Assembly: GCF_000014265.1 (NCBI RefSeq)
Contig: NC_008312.1
Coordinates: 2,310,001-2,342,000 of the forward strand
Reading direction: 5' to 3'
Length of the DNA: 32,000 nucleotides
Source of the DNA: Trichodesmium erythraeum IMS101
GTDB taxonomy: Bacteria > Cyanobacteriota > Cyanobacteriia > Cyanobacteriales > Microcoleaceae
The notes beneath the pieces are model-generated. The model did no database searches and was not told the DNA's origin. It worked only from the letters and a program-made list of their open reading frames with translations. Shown here piece after piece: positions 19,567-29,288 of the stretch; positions within the stretch are counted from its first letter, which is position 1, and every line of letters begins with the position of its first letter. The position numbers and the translations under genes are program-made.

Positions 19567-19830
19567 GGAAGATATGATAAGGCGATCGCTGAGTTTTACC
19601 AAGCTATTGTACTTCATCCCAAATTAAAAAATTACAATGTGTTACTGTGAGCAGGAAAAATCAGAAAAAGAAGAACTATTTACTTTTGAAGTTTTAACTT
19701 TCAAGAACTCAGGCATTATTACTAACCTTACTTAGGGAAGTGCTCAACAAAAAATAGAAGACTTGGGTGGTAGCGAAAATTGGAAAATGATTTATACTTC
19801 TAGGGGGGTTTTTCATGGTCGCCGGAAGGT
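19567..19830 (+). pseudogene. Relic of a TPR / FGE-sulfatase (SUMF1-type) multidomain protein
   Basis: A TPR-like fragment, GRYDKAIAEFYQAIVLHPKLKNY, is followed in another frame by FTFEVLTFKNSGIITNLT*GSAQQKIEDLGGSENWKMIYTSRGVFHG. This matches the typical lead-in of cyanobacterial FGE-sulfatase domains (F.FEVVTV...G.....A....EDLG....LEMV.IPGG.F.MG). It is interrupted by stops and truncated. Confidence 0.3.
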
Positions 19831-20040
19831 TTCGTCTACGTCTGTGATACTAACATGGCTTTTGACTATGGCGACTGCTATTCCTTCTGTGAAGGTTATT
19901 GTGTAGTCGCTGCCTGTGGCTCCACTCTTGTTATCCCCATCTAAGTCTAATGTGGGAGCGTTATTGACTGAAGTAATATTTATTGTTTTTGTCGCTGTGT
20001 TGCTATCAGTATCATTATTGTCGAAATTATGAGTACAAGA
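19813..20040 (-). pseudogene. Relic of a large cadherin/VCBS-like repeat exoprotein
   Basis: About 76 open codons with no start: ...NFDNNDTDSNTATKTINITSVNNAPTLDLDGDNKSGATGSDYTITFTEGIAVAIVKSHVSITDVDETFRRP*. The V(N/D)xAPTLDLDGDxxSGxxGxDYxxTFTEG...ITDVD pattern is typical of repeats in giant secreted adhesins. Confidence 0.4.
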
Positions 20041-20286
20041 ATATTAATTTACAACCAAAATGAAAGTAAATTAACCTTAGATGACGAAACTAAAAAAGTT
20101 GAAACAGTAATTACTAAAGCCAAAATTGCGATAAAAAAAGAAATATAAATCGCTGTATAGCAATTTAAAATGCCCATTAAATAATTTAAAGTATTCTCGT
20201 AAATTAAGAAACTACCGATAAAATTTAAAGCAAAAAATAAGAATATATCAAAATAATCAATTCAATAAATAAGTCAAAAAAACCCT

Positions 20287-20358
20287 GTTATGAATTATTG
20301 GGGATAAAAGATATAACTTACAAAAAACTCAGTTATGAATTATTGGGGATAAAAGATA
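20287..20358. repeat. 27-bp perfect direct repeat, two copies 45 bp apart
   Basis: GTTATGAATTATTGGGGATAAAAGATA at 20287-20313 and 20332-20358, in the spacer 3' of the 20508..22670 gene. Confidence 0.9.
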
Positions 20359-20507
20359 ATCGCCAAAAATACCGATTTAGAGCTTGGTGAAAAAGTATAT
20401 ATAGGTTCAGATCGAACTCATAACTGAGGAATAGGTATAGACATTCCATGGAAATTTCTTAAAGAGAAAATATACATAATATTATAAATTATCCCTGGAT
20501 TTTTTTT

Positions 20508-22670
20508 CTAGTCATCAACAACTAGATGATTAATTATCCATCCACATTTATCAGTTAAATTATCACCGTCAATACTGATATTTTCTAGAAGTAGATAAAC
20601 AGGATTTTTACCTGCTAGAGAAAAAATAAAATCAGAATCAACTCCAGGAAAATAATTATTGACATTTGTATCAAGCAAAATTCCTTGGTCATCTAATATA
20701 GAAAACTTAAGAGATAAACCATTACATTCTTGATGAAGAAAATCTAGCTTACCAGTGATTTTTATAGAAGAAGATAATTGCCCTAAATAGAGAAAATATT
20801 TAGATGTTTGCTTAGTAATATCTGAAGGATCTGTCATTAAATTATAAGCACTATCTGAAACTTGAGTAACTGCTGAATAGTTATAAGTAATATAAGGAGA
20901 TTGATTTAAACTTATCCAGTCTAACTGTCTACCCGGACGCTGGGGAACTTGTTTTTGCATTGCTGATAAAGTTTGTAGGGCAGTGCTTATAGAAGTAGGA
21001 CGAATTCTTTGATAAAAACTAACAGTTACTCCTCCATCTAAAACAAATTCTTCTGGCAATTTTTGGAAATCTTGACTAATAGATAAATTTTGAGTAAAGG
21101 CATCATAGACAAATCTGACTAAATCTTGTTGCCCTGGTTTTAAGACTTGTTCATCAGTTAATAATACTCTCTGAAATGGATGAGCGATGACTATATATTG
21201 TGCTGCTAATAATTCTGGCAATGGGTAAGTATCACGGGTGTCAATATGTGGTTTACTTATTGCTTTTAAGTTCGACCAATTTTTCGGATTAATTATCCGG
21301 TTAGCGTTTCTAATAATATTAGCATTAAACTGATTTGAAGAAGCAGCTACATACACTAATTCTTGATTCGGTGCTAATTTATTTAGATAATCAGTCAACT
21401 GTAAAACTTGATTGTAGTCGGAACGAATTAATGGGGAAAAGTTACTAGCAAATAATGGGCGTAGAGGGTTATTAAATTTACCGATAGGAGTTAAACCAAA
21501 GATGAGATTAATAATTAAATATATTCCCGCAATACTAAAAATAATTAATCTAGTTTTGCGTCGAAAAGTATGAATAGTTATCCAAATAAATGAGGATAGT
21601 CCTAAAACTACTATCGGTGTCAAATGTAGAGAGTAATGAATATTGCCATAGCGGAGTAAAATCAACCATTCAGCTACAGAAAATATTCCGAATAATAAGA
21701 GAAAAATAGTAGTAGATGGAATTAAAAATTTTCTCATAACTCCTACAAAAAATCCTATGGCAACTAATAGTAAAGTTATTAAGCCATAGAAACAGCTGTA
21801 ACGCCAGAATATGTCAGGTATTGATAAGCTCCAGGCAGCATAAAGAGTTCGATAATTTTCTGTTAAAGAGTTTTGGATAAAGCCCCAGGCAAAAATTGAT
21901 ATAGTTAGGAAACAAGTTAGGGAAATAAGACTAATTTTTATAGCACCTTCTAAAAGTCTTTTCACAGAAGTTTTACTAAATTTGAAATTAGTTAAAGAGT
22001 CGAGGATAATTTGACAACTAATAGCTCCTATAAAGGCGATCACACTATAAGCAAAATGTCGTCTTAAAACTATAGATATTCCTAGACAAAATCCAATAAT
22101 AGGAAGTTGCCACCAAGTAGTTAATCTAATATTTTTTAAGTAAAATAAAGCCCCCAATAAAATAAATAAAGTTGCCCCAATATCGGGATATCCTCTTAAA
22201 CTCGGGCTCCAGCTCATAGGTATTAGTAAAGCGATCGCTACAGTTGACCAAAATACCCATCGAGAATGAACGGGAATTAATTTTATAGCTATTGCTCCTA
22301 GTAATAAACTAAAGGGTAATAAATAGATAAGATTAATACTCAAGATATAGATAATTCTTTGGTTGCCAAAAATATAGAGAAATGGGATTAATGGCAATGT
22401 AATTAGATAATTTTTCTGTTGAGATAAAGAACCATTAATATCATCAATAGCTCTTTGAAAGGATACTCTAAATAAATTTGTTAAATTATTCGCAGCATTC
22501 TGATATCCTACAAAGTCCCACCAATAAATTGTATCTTCATTGGATACATATATTGATGTTATAGCAATAATTATTAAAACTACTGTCAAGAAAATAATTA
22601 TATTAGTCAAAAAGCTAGGCTGTGAATTTAATTTAGTATTTAACGGTTTGAAAAAAGAGTGAGTTTTCAT
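20508..22670 (-). CDS. Polytopic membrane protein (~12 TM) with a ~325-aa C-terminal soluble domain; putative GT-C-fold glycosyltransferase (ArnT/PMT-like architecture)
   Basis: 720-aa ORF. I count about 12 hydrophobic segments in residues 20-395, followed by a hydrophilic domain. The function is inferred from architecture and the neighbouring sugar genes only. Confidence 0.6.
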   Translation of the reverse strand: MKTHSFFKPLNTKLNSQPSFLTNIIIFLTVVLIIIAITSIYVSNEDTIYWWDFVGYQNAANNLTNLFRVSFQRAIDDINGSLSQQKNYLITLPLIPFLYIFGNQRIIYILSINLIYLLPFSLLLGAIAIKLIPVHSRWVFWSTVAIALLIPMSWSPSLRGYPDIGATLFILLGALFYLKNIRLTTWWQLPIIGFCLGISIVLRRHFAYSVIAFIGAISCQIILDSLTNFKFSKTSVKRLLEGAIKISLISLTCFLTISIFAWGFIQNSLTENYRTLYAAWSLSIPDIFWRYSCFYGLITLLLVAIGFFVGVMRKFLIPSTTIFLLLFGIFSVAEWLILLRYGNIHYSLHLTPIVVLGLSSFIWITIHTFRRKTRLIIFSIAGIYLIINLIFGLTPIGKFNNPLRPLFASNFSPLIRSDYNQVLQLTDYLNKLAPNQELVYVAASSNQFNANIIRNANRIINPKNWSNLKAISKPHIDTRDTYPLPELLAAQYIVIAHPFQRVLLTDEQVLKPGQQDLVRFVYDAFTQNLSISQDFQKLPEEFVLDGGVTVSFYQRIRPTSISTALQTLSAMQKQVPQRPGRQLDWISLNQSPYITYNYSAVTQVSDSAYNLMTDPSDITKQTSKYFLYLGQLSSSIKITGKLDFLHQECNGLSLKFSILDDQGILLDTNVNNYFPGVDSDFIFSLAGKNPVYLLLENISIDGDNLTDKCGWIINHLVVDD

Positions 22671-23972
22671 GTTTTATAGCTGACTACTTAGGGAAAGTTA
22701 TCTTTTATTATCTGTGATTAAGTTATATAGTAATCATAAATAATTTGTGAAAAAACTGTCGGGGTTTATTTCCAAACCTAAGGACAAGTGAGATTTAGAT
22801 ACAAAACTACCTTAGAAAAAAATTAGGAATTACCTATAAACACCATATATAGTAATAGTTAAGAGGGGTTAATCGCTAAAAAATACTGCATGATTTTATG
22901 TTGTTGTATAAGTCCTAAAAATATTTTTTAATATAGAACTGCTATAAGGCTTTTCATTCTTCTTAATTATTAAAATGAGTAAAAAATCAGGTCTCAAGGG
23001 TCTTCTTTTCAGGGGATGAAAAAAATCAGATTTAGTATTTTCAGTCTCTGGTTTAAAATAACTTATTTTGTAGCTGATTATTTTTCGGGTTTGAAATATA
23101 TTTGTTTTGATATTTGTGGGAATAGTTTCTTATTCTTTTTTAGAATCAGCTATTTTAAAAATAATAGTTATATTTTTTATAAACAATAAAACTTTGGCAG
23201 CTAAATCTATAATTGATAGATGAAAAATTGCTGGTAAATAAATTAGTTGCATTCACTATTATACTGTAAATATATAGACAAATAATACAGAAATTAATAA
23301 GAGTATTTAAGAAAAAAAAGAGACAATTATTAGTTCCATAACCTATGCATCTACTAATTTTAATTATTTTTGGAACTCTAGAATTCTATTAAATCTTAAC
23401 TATTTGAAATACCATTAAAGTATATTTGTAATTTATTCAGAGAAAAAAAATAGATAATTTTTCTATAATAATAAAAGAATATTTTGATATTAAAATCAAA
23501 TTTTATAAACCTTTTAAGTAATTATAAAAAAAATATATTTTTATAACTAAATTTTGATCAAAATCTTATTTTCATAACATTGATAATAATTTTAAAGGTA
23601 AAGATTAGAGTGGTACAAAAGAAACAATAAAGTTTTTCCTAGGATAAGTGGATTCAAAAATTCATTTATATTGTACATCTTTAAACTTGAAATCTTTCTA
23701 GCACTATCTATTGATAGTAAATAAAAATTTAGTTGCTAAGTATTATATTGATAATATAATATAGCTATTATTTGAGAATAAAAAAAATAAAATTATATCA
23801 TAGTATTTATTATTAGTAAAAAATAGAAAAACAGCTCTTTCTATATTTTTTTAATTGCCCCTTAGTTTATTAAAGTTACAATTGATTGTTAGTAAACCTT
23901 ATGTTAAGCTGAAAAAAAAATAGCCCTAAAAAACATAAAATACTGCAAAAATCTCTAATCGAAAATATTAAT

Positions 23973-25067
23973 ATGAAAGCATTAATTCTCTCTGGTGGAA
24001 AAGGAACAAGATTACGTCCTCTTACTTATACAGGAACAAAACAATTAGTACCAGTTGCTAATAAGCCTATTTTGTGGTACGGAATTGAGGGTATTATTGC
24101 AGCAGGTGTTACTGACATAGGAATTATTATTAGTCCAGAAACGGGAGAAGAAGTACAAGAATTAACAGGAAACGGGGAAAAATTTGGAGGAAATATTACT
24201 TATATTCTCCAAGATAAACCTGCTGGTTTAGCTCATGCTGTTAAAACTGCTCAACCATTTTTGGGAGATTCTCCTTTTATTATGTATCTCGGAGATAATA
24301 TTATTGAAAGTCAGTTAGGGAATTTTTTAGATACTTTTAAAAAGAAGCAACTAGATGCTTTGATTTTGCTACGTAAAGTTCCTAATCCTACTGCTTTTGG
24401 TGTGGCAAAAATAGATGATAATGGACGAGTATTAAGATTAGTTGAAAAGCCCAAAGTTCCACCATCAGATTTAGCACTTGTAGGTGTATATTTATTTTCT
24501 AAAAAAATACATAATGCTATTGCTAATATTAAACCTTCAGAGAGAGGAGAATTAGAAATTACAGATGCTATTCAATATTTAATTGACCAACAAATTTCAG
24601 GTGAAGAACCTGAAATTTCTGTAGAAGCAAGCATCTTAGAAGGTTGGTGGTTAGATACCGGTAAAAAAGATGATTTACTTAGTGCTAATCAAATTATTTT
24701 AGATACTCGTATAATTAAGTCAATAAATGGAGAAATAGATTCTAAAAGTAAAATTATAGGAAGGGTAAAAATGGGTAAAAATACAAAACTAATCAATAGT
24801 AGTGTTCGTGGTCCTGTAATTATAGGTGATAACTGTTACCTAGAAAATTGTTTTATCGGTCCTTATAGTAGTATTGCTGATAATGTGACTTTAATTGATG
24901 TTGATATAGAACATAGTGTTATATTACAAGGAGCAAAAATTATTGAAATTAATCAACGTATTGTTGATAGTTTACTCGGTCGTCGTGCTCAATTAATTAA
25001 TGCTCCACAACATCCTAAAGCATTACGGTTTATGATTGGAGATGATAGTCAAATAGAATTAACATAG
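23973..25067 (+). CDS. Glucose-1-phosphate thymidylyltransferase, long form (nucleotidyltransferase plus left-handed beta-helix C-terminus)
   Basis: 364 aa. It starts MKALILSGGKGTRLRPLTYTGTKQLVPVANKPILWYGIE...YLGDNI...VEKPK.PPS.LALVGVY.F, the sugar-1-P nucleotidyltransferase signature G-G-x-G-T-R-L-x-P-L-T. The C-terminal hexapeptide-like repeats match the 'rmlA_long' type. Confidence 0.85.
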   Translation: MKALILSGGKGTRLRPLTYTGTKQLVPVANKPILWYGIEGIIAAGVTDIGIIISPETGEEVQELTGNGEKFGGNITYILQDKPAGLAHAVKTAQPFLGDSPFIMYLGDNIIESQLGNFLDTFKKKQLDALILLRKVPNPTAFGVAKIDDNGRVLRLVEKPKVPPSDLALVGVYLFSKKIHNAIANIKPSERGELEITDAIQYLIDQQISGEEPEISVEASILEGWWLDTGKKDDLLSANQIILDTRIIKSINGEIDSKSKIIGRVKMGKNTKLINSSVRGPVIIGDNCYLENCFIGPYSSIADNVTLIDVDIEHSVILQGAKIIEINQRIVDSLLGRRAQLINAPQHPKALRFMIGDDSQIELT

Positions 25068-25368
25068 ATTATACTTTATAGCGCTTTTTATTTTGTTAAA
25101 AACTTTGTTTATGGGGAAGAGCTGTCTGCGGTAAAGGTTTGTAGAACATGACTTATCAAAACAAACTCTGTATCCCCAAAGCTTTTTGCTCTGTGGAAAC
25201 CATGGCAGTTACTTCTCTTAGGAATAACCTAAGACCGCACTTTCGAGCAACAAAACCTACAAATTAATATTTTTAATGTGTTTAGCAAAGCAATATGTTG
25301 ATAATTATTATATTTATAACTATTAGAATTTGACAAAAAATTGAAATTGTAGATTAGGAGAAACTCAT

Positions 25369-26226
25369 ATAAATACTAAGTCTATATACTTCTTAACAGT
25401 TAATTACTATTCAACTCAATTAATTAAAAAATTAATTAATTCTATTAAATTAATTACCGATCTATTTAGTCATATTGTTATTATTAATAATTCTACTGAT
25501 GATAAGTCTATTTATCAACTCCAAAATAACAAGACAATTATTATTAATTCAGAAACTAATTTAGGATATGGCAAAGGGTGCAATTTAGGATTAAGTTGGA
25601 TTTATAATCAAAATCCTCAAGCAATAGTTTGGTTAATTAATCCTGATGCTTATTTATTACCTGATTCTCTGGAAAAAGCATATCATTTTTTAGGAAAAAA
25701 TCCTGAAATTTCTATATTAGGAACAACTGTCTATGAACCCACAGGTAAAGTTTGGTTTGGTGGCGGGAATTTTATTCCTGAAACTGGAAAAATAATTGCT
25801 AATAATTTTTTTTACAAGACAGAAACATCAATCACAGATTGGGTGACAGGATGCAGCATGTTAATCAACATGAATAACTTTGAAAAATGCCCTGAGTTTG
25901 ATGAGGATTATTTTTTATACTACGAGGATTTTGACTTTTGTAGACGCTATAAAAAACAAGGTCATAAAATAGCTATTACTCAAACAATATCTGTAATTCA
26001 TCAACCATCTTCTATTACTAGTAAACAACCAGGATTAAAACTTGAGTATAGCATATATAGCTACCTGTTGAGTTTAGCAAAACATACAAATAAATTAGTT
26101 TTAATATATAGATTACTTAGAATTACAATAGCTGCTTTAGTTAGCCTACTAATAGATTATAAAATAGCTCGTGTTAAAATCAAAGCGATATCGAAATTTA
26201 TCAGATGTAATCGTAGGTTTTTGTAG
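25369..26226 (+). CDS. Glycosyltransferase family 2 (rhamnosyltransferase-like) without a canonical start codon
   Basis: The frame is open from 25345 (after TGA 25342-25344) to 26226. Translation gives (I)NTKSIYFLTVNYYSTQL...IINNSTDD...NLGYGKGCNLGLSW...WLINPDAYL...WVTGCSMLINM...YFLYYEDFDFCRRYKKQGHKI, a full GT2 Rossmann domain. The track reports only the C-terminal 127 aa (GTG 25843). AGGAG at 25356-25360 sits 8 nt upstream of an in-frame ATA at 25369. Confidence 0.7.
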   Translation: MNTKSIYFLTVNYYSTQLIKKLINSIKLITDLFSHIVIINNSTDDKSIYQLQNNKTIIINSETNLGYGKGCNLGLSWIYNQNPQAIVWLINPDAYLLPDSLEKAYHFLGKNPEISILGTTVYEPTGKVWFGGGNFIPETGKIIANNFFYKTETSITDWVTGCSMLINMNNFEKCPEFDEDYFLYYEDFDFCRRYKKQGHKIAITQTISVIHQPSSITSKQPGLKLEYSIYSYLLSLAKHTNKLVLIYRLLRITIAALVSLLIDYKIARVKIKAISKFIRCNRRFL

Positions 26227-26370
26227 AGCTAAGTTAAAGCCAAAAAACTATGATGTAATTGGATAAATTTTGGCCTGATCTGAACCTTGAAGTAAAAATG
26301 TTGGGTTGCCCTGGGATATATTGCTGGGTTCTCAGAACCAACTTACGGTATTTAAAATTATTGTCTCTAA

Positions 26371-27459
26371 GTGTCAATGTCTAATAAAGTTCTTATTAAC
26401 TTATCAGTATTAATTCCCCAACCTACAGGAATATCTGTCTATGCTAATAATATTTTGCCACAGCTTCAGCCACTTAATCCTATTCTATTAGTTGCTAATA
26501 ATATTCCCAAATTTAACTGCCATCTTATCCCTAATAATATGACTCCCGCTCAGGGAACTATAGGTCATTTTCGACGATTATTTTGGACTCAATTTCAATT
26601 ATCAAATATATCTAAAAAATTACAAGCAAATCTAATTTTTTCTCCCCTTCCAGAAGCGCCATTATTTTCTGAATGTCCTTATATTGTCATGGCTCATGAT
26701 TTAATTCCTTTGCGTTTTCCTAAACCTGGTTCTCGCTTAACTGCTTATTTCAAATATTACATTCCCCAAGTATTAAGTCAGGCAAAACATATTATTTGTA
26801 ATTCCCAAGCTACGGCAAAAGATATTACTGATTTTTTCAAAATATCACCTCAAAAAATTACTCCTATTCCTCTAGGTTATGATTCTCAAAGATTCCAATT
26901 TTTAGATTTACCGACAAAAAATTATTTTCTTTATCTCGGTCGGCACGACCATTATAAAAATTTGCATCGGTTGATCGAAGCTTTTACTAATTTGCCAAAT
27001 TTTTCTGAGTATGAATTATGGTTTGCCGGACCTACAGATAATATTTATACACCAACATTAAAAACTCAAATCAAAGAACTAGGTTTAACAAATTTAGTGA
27101 AATTTCTTGATTATGTTTCTACAGAAGAATTACCCAAAATAATTAGTCAGGCGATCGCTATGGTTTTTCCTAGTTTGTGGGAAGGGTTTGGTTTTCCAGT
27201 ATTGGAGGCGATGGCTTGTGGTACTCCTGTTATTACTTCTAATATTTCATCTCTGCCAGAAGTTGCTGGAGATGCTGCTATTTTGGTTAACCCGAAAAAT
27301 GTGGGAGAAATAACTGATGCGATGAATATTATTGCTCAAGATGGGGGGGAGCGATCGCGTCTGATGAGCTTAAGTTTGGCTAGAGCTAAAGAGTTTAGTT
27401 GGGAAAAAACTGGTTTAGCTACTAGGGAGATAATTCAGCAATTTTCTGTATCAGGTTGA
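26371..27459 (+). CDS. Glycosyltransferase family 4 (GT-B, RfaG/mannosyltransferase-like)
   Basis: 362 aa. The E-x7-E region is [43 protein letters not shown]. The start may be the ATG at 26377 rather than the GTG at 26371. Confidence 0.85.
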   Translation: MSMSNKVLINLSVLIPQPTGISVYANNILPQLQPLNPILLVANNIPKFNCHLIPNNMTPAQGTIGHFRRLFWTQFQLSNISKKLQANLIFSPLPEAPLFSECPYIVMAHDLIPLRFPKPGSRLTAYFKYYIPQVLSQAKHIICNSQATAKDITDFFKISPQKITPIPLGYDSQRFQFLDLPTKNYFLYLGRHDHYKNLHRLIEAFTNLPNFSEYELWFAGPTDNIYTPTLKTQIKELGLTNLVKFLDYVSTEELPKIISQAIAMVFPSLWEGFGFPVLEAMACGTPVITSNISSLPEVAGDAAILVNPKNVGEITDAMNIIAQDGGERSRLMSLSLARAKEFSWEKTGLATREIIQQFSVSG

Positions 27460-27466
27460 AATAATG

Positions 27467-27484
27467 AGAGCGATCGCTCTTTTT
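27467..27484 (+). terminator. Possible terminator built on an HIP1 palindrome
   Basis: AGAGCGATCGCTCT, a 14-nt perfect palindrome (27467-27480), is followed by TTTT, 8 nt after the GT4 stop. The stem is short and the loop minimal. Confidence 0.3.
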
Positions 27485-27550
27485 GAATTCAGGGCTATCT
27501 TTTTAGGGAAAGCGATCGCTATTCACCCACAACTATTAGGGACATATAGG

Positions 27551-27747
27551 CCAGAAAATCAAATCGTGGCCAAAATATGATGGCAGGTAAATGCTCAAGA
27601 TGTGGGGGAGCGATCGCTGCTGAGAACGTTAAGTTTAACTAGATCTAAAAAGTTTAGTTGGGAATAAACTGGTTTAGCTACTAGCCAGATAATTCAGGAA
27701 TTTACTGATTAAGGTTTAAATAATTCGAGCGATCGCCCCTTTTTTTT
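27551..27747 (+). pseudogene. Degenerate duplicate of the 3' end of the adjacent GT4 gene
   Basis: 27590-27747 aligns by eye at roughly four-fifths identity with 27331-27485, including the trailing GAGCGATCGC + T-run. Its translation PENQIVAKI*WQVNAQDVGERSLLRTLSLTRSKKFSWE*TGLATSQIIQEFTD* parallels [55 protein letters not shown] but contains stops. Confidence 0.75.
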
Positions 27748-28370
27748 AGGGAACCTAAATTAACTGTTAATTCATCTAACTTTGAGAACGTAGATCAAAA
27801 AGGTTAGCCAGGCTGGCAAAAGGTTGATTACCTTTGTTTTAGATTAATTAGATTTGCAGCCATAAGCATTGTATTTTTCGTCTTGGAAAATTTTACCCAA
27901 AAATGAGGGAACATTAGACTATTTAATATAGCAAGGTAAACCTAATTCAAAATTAGCAAGGTTGTAATCTCCTTTCAATTTTCCGTGCAGACAAACCTTG
28001 GTTAAAGGCTGACCACATCCTCCTACATTAGCAATTTGTCATTCACCGATGTAGTTACCAACCTTATCCTCAGCAATATTTGTTGCTAAACAAGATGAAC
28101 CTTGGGTAACATTATCTACGGAAACTGCACTCACAGAAAATCTAATTTATATGACTACTATTCTCTACTTTCTTTTTGACTGTGTTATTTTTTTTTGAAA
28201 TTCTGTATTATACAGAAGTTACGCACTCAGATGGACATACACTATTAAGGTTCATATCACTTTATGTCGTAACTAGATAAGTTCTATTATACTAATAAAA
28301 TTATAATATTAAACCTTAACTATAAGAATTCAAATTAATATAGCATCTACTATAACAATAACAACATATT

Positions 28371-29288
28371 ATGGAACACATAGAATTATTATATATTAGT
28401 TTTTCTGGATTATTTGCTGGTGTACTAGCCGGTTTTTTAGGCATTGGTGGAGGTGTGGTAATGATCCCAGTATTAGTAACATTAGGATACCAACCTGTAC
28501 AAGCAGTTGGGACTACCACTTTATCCATTTTGATAACAGCTATTTCTGGTAGTATTCAAAATTTACAGATGGGAAATTTAACTATTAGTCGAGTAATAGC
28601 AATAGGTTTTCCTGCTTTGATTACTGCTCAGTTAGGGGTGTACTTAGAAAATCAATTTTCTTCTCGTTGGTTATTGTTTGCTTTTGGATTATTTCTAATT
28701 TTAAATATCTATTTAGTAGAGTTTCGCAAACAGGTGACAAAAAGAAAAAAAGAGCAGGAAGAATTAGAACAAAATCTGCGCGAGGATGTTTTAGTTAAAC
28801 TAGAAAATAGGAATAATCAAGATTTTGCAGAAGAATTTGCATTACCTATTACTGATGAATCTTTGCTATTAATAGAGCCAATAATAAAAAAAATAAATTC
28901 TCAAATTCCAGAGAAATACATGAAACCTATCGCTAGAATTACTACTGGTAGTTTAGCTGGGTTATTAGCAGGTTTGTTTGGTTTAGGAGGTGGTGTAATT
29001 CTGGTACCTTTACAAATATTGTTATTAGGAGAAAAAATTAAAGTAGCTATTCCAACTAGCTTAGGAGTAATCGTAATTACAGCTTTTTCTGCTTGTATAG
29101 GTCATGCAGTTAGAGGAAATGTTTTATGGGAAACAGGATTATTATTAGGATTTAGTGGTTTATTGGGAGTACAATTTAGTACCAGATCTATGAAAAAATT
29201 ACCAGACGAAGTTATCAGTTTTGCTTTTCGTGCATTGCTAGCAATTATATCAATTTACATTTTTTGGGAAGGTGTAAATATAGGTTAG
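28371..29288 (+). CDS. TauE/SafE (TSUP, DUF81) family anion permease with a long charged central linker
   Basis: 305 aa with two homologous halves, each containing the LGIGGGVVMIPVL / FGLGGGVILVPLQ motif. The halves are separated by a ~70-aa K/E-rich insert (KRKKEQEELEQNLREDVLVKLENRNNQDFAEE...). Confidence 0.85.
   Translation: MEHIELLYISFSGLFAGVLAGFLGIGGGVVMIPVLVTLGYQPVQAVGTTTLSILITAISGSIQNLQMGNLTISRVIAIGFPALITAQLGVYLENQFSSRWLLFAFGLFLILNIYLVEFRKQVTKRKKEQEELEQNLREDVLVKLENRNNQDFAEEFALPITDESLLLIEPIIKKINSQIPEKYMKPIARITTGSLAGLLAGLFGLGGGVILVPLQILLLGEKIKVAIPTSLGVIVITAFSACIGHAVRGNVLWETGLLLGFSGLLGVQFSTRSMKKLPDEVISFAFRALLAIISIYIFWEGVNIG

Noticed and set aside
22975-23180. Short ORFs (14 aa and 57 aa, MKKIRFSIFSLWFKITYFVADYFSGL...) in the AT-rich spacer, considered as a flippase or membrane-protein relic.
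   Set aside because: The composition is what AT-rich DNA yields by chance (Phe/Ile/Lys/Tyr/Asn). There is no recognisable motif and the sequence is below any reasonable threshold.
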